Source of the DNA: Amoebophrya sp. A120
Taxonomy: Eukaryota; Protista; Dinoflagellata
Reading direction: 5' to 3'
Length of the DNA stretch: 64,000 nucleotides
Assembly: GCA_905178155.1 (NCBI GenBank)
Contig: CAJINV010000001.1
Location: forward strand, 10,259,432-10,323,431
This document shows, one piece after another, positions 1 through 12,900 of this stretch (position 1 is its first letter; each line of letters starts with the position of its first letter). The position numbers and the translations under genes were made by a program. Under the pieces are notes generated by a model that did not search any database, had not been told where the DNA came from, and was given only the letters and a program-made list of their open reading frames with translations.

Positions 1-173
1 CGAATTCTACTCGTTGACTTCTGTCGTTAGTTCTTGAAGATGATCATCTCCGGGATTCCGCCAAAGACGCTCCGTCGTTTTCTGTGCCTCTGTTTCAATA
101 GCTGTCGCAACATCCTGCGTCTACATGATGAGTGCGCGATCATCTCTCTACTTTTGTCTAATCTTCTACAAAA

Positions 174-1602
174 ATGCTATACAGATTTCTTCCTCCGCGT
201 TGGTGCGAGCCTCCGGCCGAACGCGCCACCCTATCTTTCGAGCTGCTTGATGGAAGTCGCACGAAATTCTTACTGAGTCGAAGGCACCAAGTGATTGGCT
301 CCGATGCGAAGACGTGCGACGTTGTGGTGCCCGGGCTCGGTACTTTACGTCTCGCTTTTACTCCTCTCTGAATGATGTGTTTCGTCCTTTGTGATTGTGA
401 AGCATGACAGGAATCCAATCTTCGAGTAATGTTGTACTTGCCTAATATTACTTAACAGCGAAAGAACACTGCGCGCTCGTCTACCACCGGAGCGGACAGC
501 CATATATTTGTTTTTTCGAGTCTGGCGAACTGCTCGATCATGCGGACGAACCTTCCAGCCACCAAATCCTGGACTACGACAAGTATGAGGAGCTTCGCGA
601 TTTGCCACAGAGGCTGCGCTTGGGAGACGGGAAGTACATTAAGAAATGGCAATGCACGCTGCTCGTGCTGTTTTTTCGTCTCACAGATGAAAGGTCGCAC
701 CAGCTACTTCGATGAGTAGTTTCTTTACATGGGAGAGTAGTCTAAACACGGGAGATGTAGTCTGTCACATCCACGTGGTCCACTTGCCTTTATTACTACC
801 CTGTTTTTTTTTCGTTCTTCTTCTTTGAAAGTGAATGTGACGAAGCGGCCCATAATTTTTATTTGGCAGGTTCGTGCTGACTGGAAACCTGACGTCCGTA
901 CGGCAGCAGATGTCGAAGAACAAGCGATCAGGCTCCGTCGACGAGGACGATATGATCGATGAGAATGAGCCCGCTCCCCGTTGGAAGAAGAAGGCGCGGC
1001 GCGATTCCGACATGCTCTCGGAGGAGGTGATGTCTGTCCTGTCGGAGGAGAACTCCAGTCAAGTCTCGCCGCTGCACGGTCCCGGAGATTTCCTGGACCC
1101 GCTGCCGGAGGAAATCGGGGTGGAAGCCGCTCAGCCCGGGGACCACATGGAACTGCGCGCACGCACCAGCGACAGCAAAAAGTCCGCTTCTGCCTCCGCC
1201 GCTGATGGCGGAGCAGGGCCCCGGAGCCAGAACAGTGATCACGCCTTCGGGCTGCCCTCGAGCCAGCAGGACTCGCAGTCTTGGTCCGTGGGAGGAGGTG
1301 CCTGTTTTACTGTTGTTTACCCTATATTTCTTTGCATTAGAGCAGGCACTCGTACTGTGATAAGAAGATAGTGATTTTTGATGATCAAGTTCTTCACAGC
1401 GAGCGCGAAATTCTTTCGATCTTGTCATGATCCAACAGACGTCGATCCCAACCTGCAGCAGCAAAAGGGCGCGTTACCGAGCGGCCTGAGCAGTGCGAAA
1501 CACCGGCAGTCTGTCCATAGCTCGTTTCAATGCAAAAACAAGCGGCGGAGCTCCGGCGTGAGCTTTGCGGAAAACCCTGTGGAGGTTGACGACTCGGACT
1601 AG
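174..1602 (+). CDS. FHA-like domain protein with disordered C-terminus (about 4 exons)
   Basis: Joining GT-AG introns (~341-458, ~634-869, ~1299-1438) gives VIGSDAKTCDVVVPGLAKEHCALVYHRSGQPYI...LRLGDGKFVL, an FHA-like pattern lacking the usual GR arginine. Stop at 1602. Confidence 0.5.
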
Positions 1603-2902
1603 GATTCGCCCGCAGAGCAACAAGGCGTTAGCCACTGCCCTGGACTGCTGGTGAAGCCACTTCCCTGGTGCAGCTTCATGAGACTGCCAGGCCGACGTTA
1701 CGTGGCATCGATCACCTTGACGAGGATTTGCTACACCTACTATACCATTATCATGTTCTTTTCCCGATAAGAGCTCGCGCACCTTTACAGAAGGCGCTCT
1801 CACGGCGACAATGCAAATCCTGATTTCGACTAGGAATTGTAGCGACAAAATCGAGCAAGCATTTTGATTTTGGTGTTAGAAATTGCCACTGTTTGAACTA
1901 GTTGGTGAGAACACTGCGAACATGTCTAAGTCGTGTTTTTTCTGTTCTGCTTTAGTAAGAAACCCAAACACAATTGTCAGCTGTCAACACTGTCGTACTC
2001 GTATGTGGTTTAACCTATCACAAAACTTTTTGTTCCAGAGGAATTTCATTCATCAAGAGTAGCGTTGTCAATCGTCTGCTCGTGCAATTCCCTGGCGATA
2101 TCGATACTCGTGCGTCGTCCTCACATAGGTAGGTATCGTGTGTGCGTCCCGATCACAGGCCAATGGCCTTGCCATTGATTGTGAAAGTGTTGTTTCTAGC
2201 GCCGTTCGTTCATAGAAGGTTAAATCCCGTCGTTCCTCAAAAACTTTGTTCGTGCCGCGTTTTTCGTCCTCGTCTTTATACGTGCAGCTGCAACGCTTTC
2301 TATTTCTTTCGTTACTAAAGAAACATTCGTGGATGATTTCCTCTACAGGTTTTCTTTCCACCATGAATGTGAAAGATTAGGATTACGATTACCATCACGA
2401 CCAACAAGATAACCCTAGCCCTAGTAGACCCTGCGGGATTATGTAAGCACGACTCACCAACATGTTCTCACACCCTATTCCTAGCAATATTCTCGATGCG
2501 CCATCCGTTGATCGGAATTGCCTCATCCCCGTCCTCCCCTATTGCTACTGAAGAAAACGCTCCCTCAGTTCTACCACCCCTTTGATTTCATGGTACTTGG
2601 AGTGAGGCTTTCATCTAGCCTCCCCAGACAATGGCTTGCTATCGCAGATCGACATTGGCTATGTCGCATTGATTGAAAGGTGATGTTTCCCATGTCGTTT
2701 TTACACTATCGGCACACCGATGCTTTTGCTAGAGACTGACTCGTTGGCTTTACTCGTTTCTGCTTGTCCTGAGGACTACAGCGACGACTTTTTCGACGGC
2801 GAGCTGTAGGGAAAGCAATCGAGCCGGATTCCTCCAGGACCAAAAGTTGCAATGTTGGAAGATCATTCTGTCGTGGTTCCGGGCCGCTCGCGGCCGGTAG
2901 GC

Positions 2903-5900
2903 ATGGCATTGCTCTGGTGCTCCGCCACGATACTTGACTCGCTATCGTTTGTCCCAAGAACGAGCAATGTTTGGGGCCGGCGCGTGGAAGTGGTACGACG
3001 GAACCGAAATTTGCGAGCGTCTAGGGGCACTAGAGCAAAAAGAGGAGACAGGCAAGAACATGCTGGTCAAGCTCAAGTTGATGACCAGACCGAAGAGCCC
3101 AGCAACTCCAACGCTCTGGGGTCATCGAGCAAACCCGTGACGGAAGCCACGATAACCGATAAACAGCATCCAGGTGGAGAAGTAGAAAGACAAGAAACAC
3201 CAGGATCGGAATCTAGCACTGCATCTGCTGCATCAGCGACGGAGGTCGTGGTCCCGGCAAACGAGAACGAGAAACAAGCGCTGGCCTATGAGTCTTCCAA
3301 GGACCACCAGCACCAGAAGCCCACGGAGCAGCCGCCCCAAACAGGGTCTGGTTCATTATTTCCTGCGGAGAAAGTAGTTGTGCCACAGAGTGAGGTCGCG
3401 CAGCAAGGTTTTACAGCTTCAACATCTTCGACGAACCCACAAGTAGATGAAAAGGCCCACGCTGATGATCAAAGTGAGGAACTAGAGTCATACCAGACGG
3501 GCTCTAGCAGCGGATCACCTAGCATTCTGGGTTCATATTCATCACCTGACGAGTACATCAACTCCGTGCCAAACAGGCAGGGTTCTGGCGGTTCCTCGCG
3601 GCCTCTATCAACGGAGGAGTTACAGCAGGCGTTGGCGGAGGCGTCCCCATCTTCGACTACTAGCGGGTCGAAGGAGGACTGGTTATCAGAGGACAAACAA
3701 GGTAGCTCTGGCCACCCGGTCATCTCTGGGTCTTCAGGTTGGCAGGTGGTACCGCCGAGTCTTCCAATCGGCTCCGATAATAGATTTCTGACCATGTCTC
3801 GAGGGGGGTCATCGACCCCATTGTCGAGAGACGAGCTGGAACAGGCTATTGTGCACGACCAGGATACCACTGAGCCTGAGGTGGACAGAAAAACGCGGCG
3901 TATAACAACTGAGCTAGAAAGACCAGGGCAGCGTTCGGGCAACGGTCTGCCAGAAGAATGGGTGCGGAGTAGAAAAGCCGACCATAACAACCAACAAGTG
4001 CACAACGCCTCGGCAGAACAAGACCTGGCCCTCTCGGCTGGTGACTACAATGCCAACTGGCGTGAAGATCATGCTAAGAAGGAAGTGACAACGTCGAAAA
4101 CTACGGACGACGATAGTAAACGCGACGACCAGACGCAGACTCCCGCAGTACAACCAACGACGGAACGAGGAACCTTGTTGGGAAGTTCTGGAACCTTGCA
4201 CCCTCTTCCTGCAACCGGCGCCGCCTCTGCAAGTGATGGCGCCCAACACAACGCACTTCTGCCCACGTCTCGAGAGACGGTCAGGCCCCTCCTTTCCATG
4301 CGGGAGAGCGTTGCGATCTACGACGAGTATTTGGAACTGCAAAAGCACAGCGGAGTAGAGTACAAGAATGGGGGCTGCTGCGGCGACGAGGAGTGGCAGA
4401 TGACGCACGATGCAGACCTCAACAATTTTCGGGCTGAAAAATGTACAGATATTTTTTGCTTCATGCGGATGAGCATACACAATATCAATGCATCATGATT
4501 TAAAGCAAGTACTAATCAGTAAATATCGATGTCGTCGTCGTGCGTTGAAATTACTCCCTGCTCGGGCAAAATGCCGAAACAAGATGTGACGTTTCTTGCA
4601 AAAAATGAGTATGAGAAATCGAAGAACTAGTTGAAAGCAACTCCATAATCACTACAGTTCCTGTTGTTCTGCACACACTGAAGTGTGGGAATCCACACCT
4701 GCGAACGGTTTTTCGAGATCTAGACGAAGGTCCTCTGGTGAAGGATTGTCCTTTCCTAGGCAAGGAGGGTGCTGCGGAGACCTGGTGGATCAAGCACGGA
4801 GCAAGTAGTGCACAAGAAGACGAGGAATTGGAAGAGAACGCAGCGAACTTGGGTGTGACGACGGGGGCAGCAAACATGACGGTCGTGAGCAGGGAGGAAG
4901 CAGATTTGGCCATAGCCCTGAAGTTTCTGTCCCGCATCGTGTCGCCAGAGGCCGCCGTCGCGACCGTGCTGTACGAAGAACTGATTCCCGTCTACAATCG
5001 AGCGCAAGCGGTAAAACTGGTGGACAAAATTCTAACACTAGCGGGGCTCGAGACCACCGCGTCCTCGAGCAGTAAGGCTAACACCGCAGCACAAGCTTCG
5101 GTCCAACCCACGGCCACGAACATGCAAATCAGCGGCTCTGCCACTGCTAATCCCGCATCGAGCGAGGCACAAGAGACAACTAGTGCACAAAATACGACAA
5201 ATGTAAACAATGCGTCCGCCTCTGACATACCGGGGGCCGAGGCAACTTCGAACGCGTCTTCTTTTGCGGACCTTTCCTGTGTAGTTGCGGAGAGTGCGAC
5301 TGATCAAACAGCAGAGAAGTCGGAGGAGGTGCTGCGAGGAGATGTAACCGTAACGCACGATCATCAGGAAACCCTGCAACAAGTCGGCAGTCGTGCAGAC
5401 CCGATGTCAACAGGACTGCACGACAGGGGACGACACGAAATCAAAAGCGGAGATCATGGGCCGCCCACGGCGGCATTTTCAACTGCGAGCGAAAGCGAAA
5501 GGGACCGCCGGAGGAATAATCTTCGTACCATCAGGTCAACAAGGACTTCCGCCGAAGTGACAAAACCCATGATCGAGGAAAGCGTCCATCTTTTACCAGC
5601 TTCATCGTTTTTGAGTGAGGCCCCAATCGGCAATAGCACTGCATCAACTTCTGCCACAGGCAAAGGAAGTGTGGATCATGAACAAGATCTGGCCAGCCTG
5701 CAGCAGGGCGGCGCTGGAACCGGAACCGATGGCCTCCACTTCGGCGGCGGTACCCGCCAACCCTCGCCGTTTCATGAGACCTCAATGGTCAATAGCACTG
5801 CGTCAACTTCTGCCGCAAGCAAAGGAAGTGTGGATCATGAAACTGATCTGACCAGCCTGCTGGACGGAGCTGGAATCGGTGCCCTCCACTTATTCGGCGG

Positions 5901-8416
5901 CGGTACCCGCCAACACTCGCCGTTTCATGAGACCTCAATGGTCAATAGCACTGCGTCAACTTCTGGTTCTGCCACAAGCAATGGAAGTGTGGATCATGAA
6001 CATGATCTGACCAGCCTGCTGGGCGGCGCTGGAATCGGTGGCCTCCACTTCGGCGGCGGTAGCCGCCAACACTCGCCGTTGCAGTCTGGCGGCACCCTCG
6101 CTGCGCCGGAGCCGATTCCCGACCCAGACATTGCGTTCGGAAACACGCTGCTGGCGCTGGAAGATGTGGACAAGATCACGGACCTGGGAAAGGCCCAGTT
6201 GCTGCTGCGGGAGCACATCAGCCTGGCGCTGAACCGGATGCACCTGACCGTCGAGCAGTACATGGTGTGGATGGAGGGGCCGGGGCTGCACCAAGGCGAC
6301 CTGCAGCGCGCGTGGCAGTCCATCCCCCTGCAAGAGCGAGCGGAGGTGGAGGTGGGCCACCTGGTGCCCTACGTGTACGGTGACCGGCGGTTGGACGGGT
6401 TGTACCACGACTACGTCAAACGAGGCCTGGTGATGCTCGCCCGGGAAGAGCTAAAAAACATAACCGCTGGTGGTGAAGAAAGTAGACCCTCTGCAAATTC
6501 CGGCCAAGATGAATACGGAACGCAACAATCATCATCAGTCGGGCAGAACCAGGACGATAGCGGCGATGTGGACGGTCCCCCTCCAAAGATGACCTTTCGG
6601 ATCTTCGATGCCGCACTAGCGCCACCCCACGAGGAGATGAATCATGCACCTGTCGTGAGGACCTCAAGAGGGCTTCCGGACAGTCAAGATGGTGCCGCAT
6701 TCAACATGTCCAACGAGACAACTGCCACCTCCTTTGCGAATGCTAGTACGTCGGAGAGCAGGAATGCGAATGAGTCCTCGTTTCTCTTTGTGAGCAACAT
6801 GTCCTCGAGCAACAAGAACACGACGACAGAGCGCGGCCGGAATGTTTTCGGTACAGTAGCGGAAAACGGAACAAGTGTCAAAAAGATTAACGAACAAGCA
6901 GTGCCTCCAGCATCGAGAAGGAGGGAAGATCTCGCGATGGGTGGAGGGGGCTCGGGCCACGGTAATCATCTTGTGTTTACCTCAGCGTCTACTTACGGCG
7001 CATACGGTTCCGGTGCCGCGCAGAACTTGGGCCAGGGGGAGAAAGACGCAAATGCCACAGACGAGTCTGACTCGTCCCTGACGCTCGCCTTCCTGCTGGA
7101 GCTTGAATTACTTTCCGGACTGCTGGGCGATTGCTGTTTGAGGTACTCCAATCCGGAGAACCGGCAGCCGTTTTTCTCCGCCCTAACTGAGGCCGGGCAG
7201 CAAGCGCGGTCCACGGCATGCTCAGTCGTCGAGGAGGAGCACCTCCCCGGGCCCTTGATAATAGCCGCGTCAGATACGACGAGTACTACGAATTCCAACC
7301 ACGACGAAAACGAGGCCTCAGCAGCGGAGGAAGAAAATTCGGCCTCTTCGGCAGAAGAAGGTCAAAGCGGCACGGCAGCGGCAGATTCTGTGGTGCCTGC
7401 TTCGTCGCCTGCAAACGGTACAACTGAGGTAGGTTCTGGGCCGCCTCTTGGTACATCGTTGAATCAGGCGGACACGACCGGCTCCAACAAAACAGAGGCA
7501 GCAACGGCATCGAATGAAATAGACACTGTGACTGCAAATCGAACACCAGACACAGAAGCCGCAGATCATCAAACAGCAATCACAGCAGAGTCGACTCATC
7601 AAACGCTAAGCACAGAAACCGTGACTGAAGCCGCGAGCGCAGCCGAAGGACCGAGCCAAGCAGACCCACACACAGGAGGAGGTGAAGCAGACCCAGCCAC
7701 GAGTGAAGCAGACACAGGATCAAACGAGACACAATCTATGCAAACGTCTTCCATGTTGGAGTCGGGCTATCATGGTCAACAGAGCTTCGGCGTGAGCAGT
7801 CGTCAAGCTAGGAGCGCAACTAAGGGATTCCACTTTGCGCCCGTCATGGGTGCAACGAGTACGGCAGAGAGAAGCGGACTAGTTGTGCAAAGCTGCAGTG
7901 CCGGTAAAAAGGAACTGACAGGGCGGCTAAAGAAGGTACTTACTTACGCACTTACGTACTAGTCAGATAATTTCGTATTTTCAGAAATCGAAATTGAAAT
8001 CAGGTCAGTCACATGTGTTGATGTTTCGTGTGCATACTAGTTTTGATTTGGTCAAAATATCACTACCCTTAATAAAGCCAAGCTTGCAATTCTAAATCAC
8101 ACTACAGTTTTCCAAGTTACTTGCGGAGCAGCACGGTGTGACGGCGGACCAACTGCAGAGGTGGCTGAAGCGACCGGGTTTGCAAAAACTCGAGGGCTTG
8201 GCGAAGGTATGGAGCCACCCGGATTTCCTGTCGGAAGACGATAAGAATGCCGTTCTTGAGATCGCAGGGGATATTCTACATGCTTATGAGAGCGGTCGCT
8301 TTGCAACAAACCTAGCATCGTTCGTGGTAACGTGTTTTCTAACTGCCGGGCTAGCTCTGTTTGCGGCCTTCGCATTGCCCAAAGTCACGCTTCATTTTCA
8401 TAATGTCAATGTGTAG
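2903..8416 (+). CDS. Large S/T/A/E-rich protein with hydrophobic N- and C-termini, probably surface or secreted (3 exons)
   Basis: ORFs 2852-4498, 4738-7962 and 8138-8416 join in frame via GTAC..AG introns (~4443-4657, ~7937-8107). C-terminal TM-like segment LASFVVTCFLTAGLALFAAFAL. Start codon uncertain. Confidence 0.65.
5632..6080 (+). repeat. Three in-frame coding tandem repeats of ~51-53 aa
   Basis: Unit beginning AATAGCACTGC.TCAACTTCTG recurs at 5632, 5791 and 5944 (NSTASTSA..KGSVDHE.DL.SL..GAG...LHFGGG.RQ.SP). Confidence 0.9.
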
Positions 8417-8961
8417 GTTTCGCTTACGGAAAAAAAGACATTAGGGATGCATAGACACAAGAAACAAACAGATACAGATAGATATACATAGATTTACATT
8501 TCGAAGATTTTTGGTGACCATGTCTTTTCGAAATTCATTGGAATGAAATCAAAATATCTACCCCTATGCTCATCTATTTCCATTCCCTCTCCCCCGCCCC
8601 AGATTCCCGAAAATGTTAATGCGTTCAACATTCTAGTAGAATCGGAGCAATGTTTTGTTTTTTCCTGGTGCCGACACAACAACGGTTGTGGTGGAGGAGA
8701 TCTTGTTCTTCAATGGAAAACGAAAAATCGCCCCTACTCATCCTGGTGAATGTCGGTCTTATACAAAAACTAAGGTTGGATGAGGCCTCTTACTTTTATG
8801 ACTTGAAGAACCGCATCGAAGCGTTCTAATTCTGAACATTGTGCTTGGCCTTGGGAGTCTTGACTGACGAGATCATCAGTCGATCGTAGCTTTTAGTCTT
8901 GGTCCTCGTCGTGTGCTATCCTGGGCCTAGGCCGCAGAAGAATATCACATTATCTACTGGT

Positions 8962-9049
8962 CGTCACTGACTGAAAGTCGTGTTTGTCGAAAGTCGGAGA
9001 ATCAATCGCCAGTGCGTCATTGACTGAAAGTCGTGTTTGTCGAAAGTCG
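8962..9049. repeat. 35-bp intergenic direct repeat, period 53
   Basis: CGTCAYTGACTGAAAGTCGTGTTTGTCGAAAGTCG at 8962-8996 and 9015-9049. Confidence 0.85.
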
Positions 9050-9957
9050 TTCCGTCGTTAGATCGTGAGTAATAAAAATATATGATTTTCTCCAGCGGCG
9101 CATCAAATCAAATATGCCGTGGTCGCTTTTTTTCAACATGCCAGGCCCATCAGGTCCGCACACAGGAGGTCCAAGTCTTCTTTCTAACCTTGCGAAAGAG
9201 AATGACGACAGCCAAGAGATCGAGTGTTGTGAAGTGAGAGGCACGTCAGCTGAGGTGTCGGCATGTTCGTCTGCGTCGTCGTTTTTCTATCTTTTCTTGT
9301 CCGTAACTGGCCATTACGTGCTGAAAACTCCTTGGTGGAAGCGATTCGATTGTCGTGAATGTTTACAACTTCGTCGATGACTACAACCCTTCTACCTCAA
9401 CCTCTTAGCGAAGATTGATCAGTAGCTGTCTCCACGTGCAGCACTACTAAGTGCGGTCTGCTCCTGATGTTGAGCGCCGCCCAAAAATACGGGTTTTTAA
9501 ACTAGGCTCCGACGTCTTTCTTGCATCCAGGATATATTTTGAACCTGTAGGTAGAAGCACAAGAAGTGCCTGGAGCGCGGAAACATTCATCAGCCTCGAA
9601 TAAAGTAGGCCGGGAGCAGGGAGCTCTCGAGGCAGCAGGAGAACATTTTTATCCACGTTTTCACAAAAAGAAAAAATGCGACTAGATGTTGTATTGACGC
9701 GGTTCCCTCGTCGGTCTCGGTCCCGGCGTCGCGCAGAGCTGTTCCAGTAGCCGCGACGACCACGCAAATAGAAGGCCTATTCAACGAAAAAACGCAATCC
9801 AGAAAGGGAGAAAGCACGAAGCGAAATCACAAGCTAGGCCGTCAGTTATTTTCGGCGCGCAACGACAAGACGAAGACACGTACAACCAACTCGTGCAGCA
9901 AGTTGCATAGAAGTACTTAGCCGGTGCCGGTACTTATTTCCACCTGCTACGTCGAAA

Positions 9958-12900
9958 ATGGACGCCGTGTTGGAGGGATACTTCGACGAGTCACATCGTC
10001 AACTCCAGAAGGGCGCCCCCGGGCCAAAACCCGGCCACCAGGACGATGTGAAACTGCCACCAATACACACGGGGACACAGCAGAGTGCAAGCAGCTGTAC
10101 GCATTTTTTTGGGGCATTTTTATTGTGCTTTCCTAGATGAAATAAATCGAGTACGACTTCGTATTACGAACAATAGATTGAGACCGCGTAATTATGGTCA
10201 TACACATCCGAATGCAAATTACTACTACTAGTACATACAAATTCTACAGCCGCTGTACCGCCAGGAATGCTCACGGACCACTCATTCGATATGGCTATGC
10301 AAGCGTCAGCAAAGATGCCCCGAGAGCAAGTATTCGATTTTTTTAGTAGAATAGAGGCTCAATCTACTTTCCTCGGCAAGCTCATGCCAAGCGTTCACGG
10401 AGTTTTCATTCTGGCAAACCCAAACGATATAAAGTAGAAGAAAGACCACACTTTCTGCTGCTGCACAGGTGCTTCGGGAGATTATCAAATGTAAAAATGT
10501 CTGGGTCTGGAAGAATGCGCGATTTGTCATGCAGCTTTTCCATGACCCATGAGGTCTGGAATGCAGGACCTAGCATGACAGATTCTGCGCGAGCTGTTTC
10601 ATGCCTATCCTGCATGAGAAACTCCCTCCCGACTTGTTCAAAACTGGATGACTGTTGGTAATCATGCAACACAGATTCTTGCCTGTTTCAGATTTAGCAT
10701 GACAAGTTGCATTCTTCCAGACCCAGACATTTTTACATTTCATAGAGATTTTGGAGGAACGATATGAGGAAGTAGTGAAGGAGAACGAGCGTCTGAACCG
10801 CAATATCAAACGGAAAAATCCCCCCTCCCCATATCGAAATGGAAATCTGTGATGCAGGATTTGAGGTACCAAATCGACTTGTCATGCTAGAAGGCCAAGA
10901 GCCGCAGTCGTGGTCTCGTTTGCAGGCAATTTGTCATTCTGTTTCCCACTCTCAGCTGCCTCCTATCATGCTGAAGATGCAAGGCTCCCCCACGCCACCC
11001 AGCACTACAGTCCGCATCTTTTCCCGTGTAGCATGACAGAGCTGATTTGTGACCACAAATCTGCATTCCCTGGAGCTGCAAATCTGCAGTGTTCGTCTTT
11101 TTTTTTCCAATAACATGCTGAGCGTGTTTTTTCCTGCGTCCTATCCTCTTTTTTTTCCCCCTTGACTGAAAGAATCTCTTCTGGTTTTTTGCGTACGATT
11201 TTCTTCTTGTTCCTGAGAGACCGTTAAGCGTTTTTTCTTCCTCTAGCCTGCGCCTCTGTTTCTCTGTTGTTTTTTCGCTTTTTTCTCATCTTTGATGATC
11301 CCCTTGGCTTTTGTCGAGTCTTAAGCATTTTCTCCCTAGGCCGCTTTACTTGCGATTGATAGCCCCTCGCGCCCTTGGTAGCTAGTGAGCCCCTAAGTAA
11401 GTTTTTGCTTTTCGCTTTTCTCATCGTCTGGCCCTTTACATATTTGCCCTCGTAGTCTAATGGCTTCCGCTTCATAATCCCTGCCCTAGTACATGCTCTG
11501 TTTCTCTCGTGCCCAAATTTTCTCCTGCTTACGTGGTGGGTTTCGCTCCTGTCTTTCAACAAATACAGACCACGGCCTTTTTTTTTCAACCTTTCACTTC
11601 TTGGATTTTTTCAGCCAAACAAAAAAGCAGGTCGCAACAGGGAGAGGGATCATGACTAGCCACGTAGATGTCGTTGAACATCCGGCAGGAAAATCCCAAC
11701 CCCTGCAAGCCCGGGCAACGTGGTAAGGCAGACGGGAACGCCCAATAAACCTTCACTAGATCGCATGCAAACAGGCCTCGGCACCTGTTTGCATATCGGT
11801 CGACGTGAGCACCGCGGCAGCATTAGGGTCAAAATGAAAACTAGGAATGAGATTCATCGTAAGTTTAGTAGCCAAAACAAACTGCCGCCATGTAAAAAAA
11901 AAAATCTGCATCACAGATTTCCGTTTTGATATGGGGAGGGGGGATTTTTCTTCTTGATACGCAAGGCACGAAATCTGCAGGAGCAGGTGTCCATCTTGCA
12001 GGCGAAGAAAGAAGCATACAAAAGCCAGAGCGGGAAGAGCGAGAAGGAGGTGGAGGCCATGCAAAAAGCCTTCGACGCGGTGCAGCGCGACGCGCAGAGA
12101 ATACAGGGCGAAAACGAGTACTGGGCAAGCGCCAGTAGGGAGGCGGTGGACATGATGAACGAAATGAGACAAAACCATATCGTGGAGGTCCGCTTACTGC
12201 AGCGCGGTCTTCAAAACCGGCAAGGCGGAGATAGCAAAAATACGGTACTACATTTTTGTTGCATTCTGCTCCTTCGGACCAGCTCCTGGACATGCTTGCT
12301 GCGTGTTTTGTTGACTTTGCAGGAGCTTGCATGCTGCAGGAAGAAGAAGCTGAAGCAGAAGGAATAACACGAAAAAGGTAGAAAGGGAAATATCAATATG
12401 TTGATACGAGATGTAGATGTTGTGTAGACGAAGAAATGCCAAGGCAAGTGGAGTAAAAATCTTACCTAACAGGTGAATGAAATGGCCGACTTGCTAGACA
12501 AGTTGGGTAAATGCATCGTGCAACGCGACGAGGTGATGAAGGAAAAAACAAGACTAAAAGCGCAGCTCCACCAGGCTCGACAAGAGGTCAAGACGCTCCA
12601 AGACGAACGAAGAAAAGTCGCGGCCACAAACAAAAAGTTTCAGGTACGAGTGTTGGAAGCTTCGTAGTAGTCCCTCTAGGTGCAGCAGCTGGTAGCGTGA
12701 ACTATGAAAATGAATGTAAAAATAGAGCGCACTATGCGGTAATTTTGATCTATCGTGCTCGAGCTCGACCGAGAAGAAGAAGAAGATGAAGTACTTCTAC
12801 AAAAGACGCGAAACAATATACTCAGTGCTCTTGCACTTGCGGCTTCTATCTCTTTGTTCTGTTAATTATCATCAGCTTCTCCATCTCGCATTTGCAGGTC

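Noticed and set aside
8452-8495. AGATAC/AGAT-rich run after the stop at 8416
   Set aside because: Short simple repeat with no further structure.
10483-10744. Tc1/mariner-type TA target duplication
   Set aside because: The TA is part of the TIR. The real duplication is the variable flanking 5-mer, and the host coding sequence has no TA at the reconstructed site.
10306-11113. Short ORFs with recurring peptides such as FQTQTFLHLI and KCKNVWVWK (also at 23 kb and 53.7 kb)
   Set aside because: They are translations of the TIRs, not a protein family.
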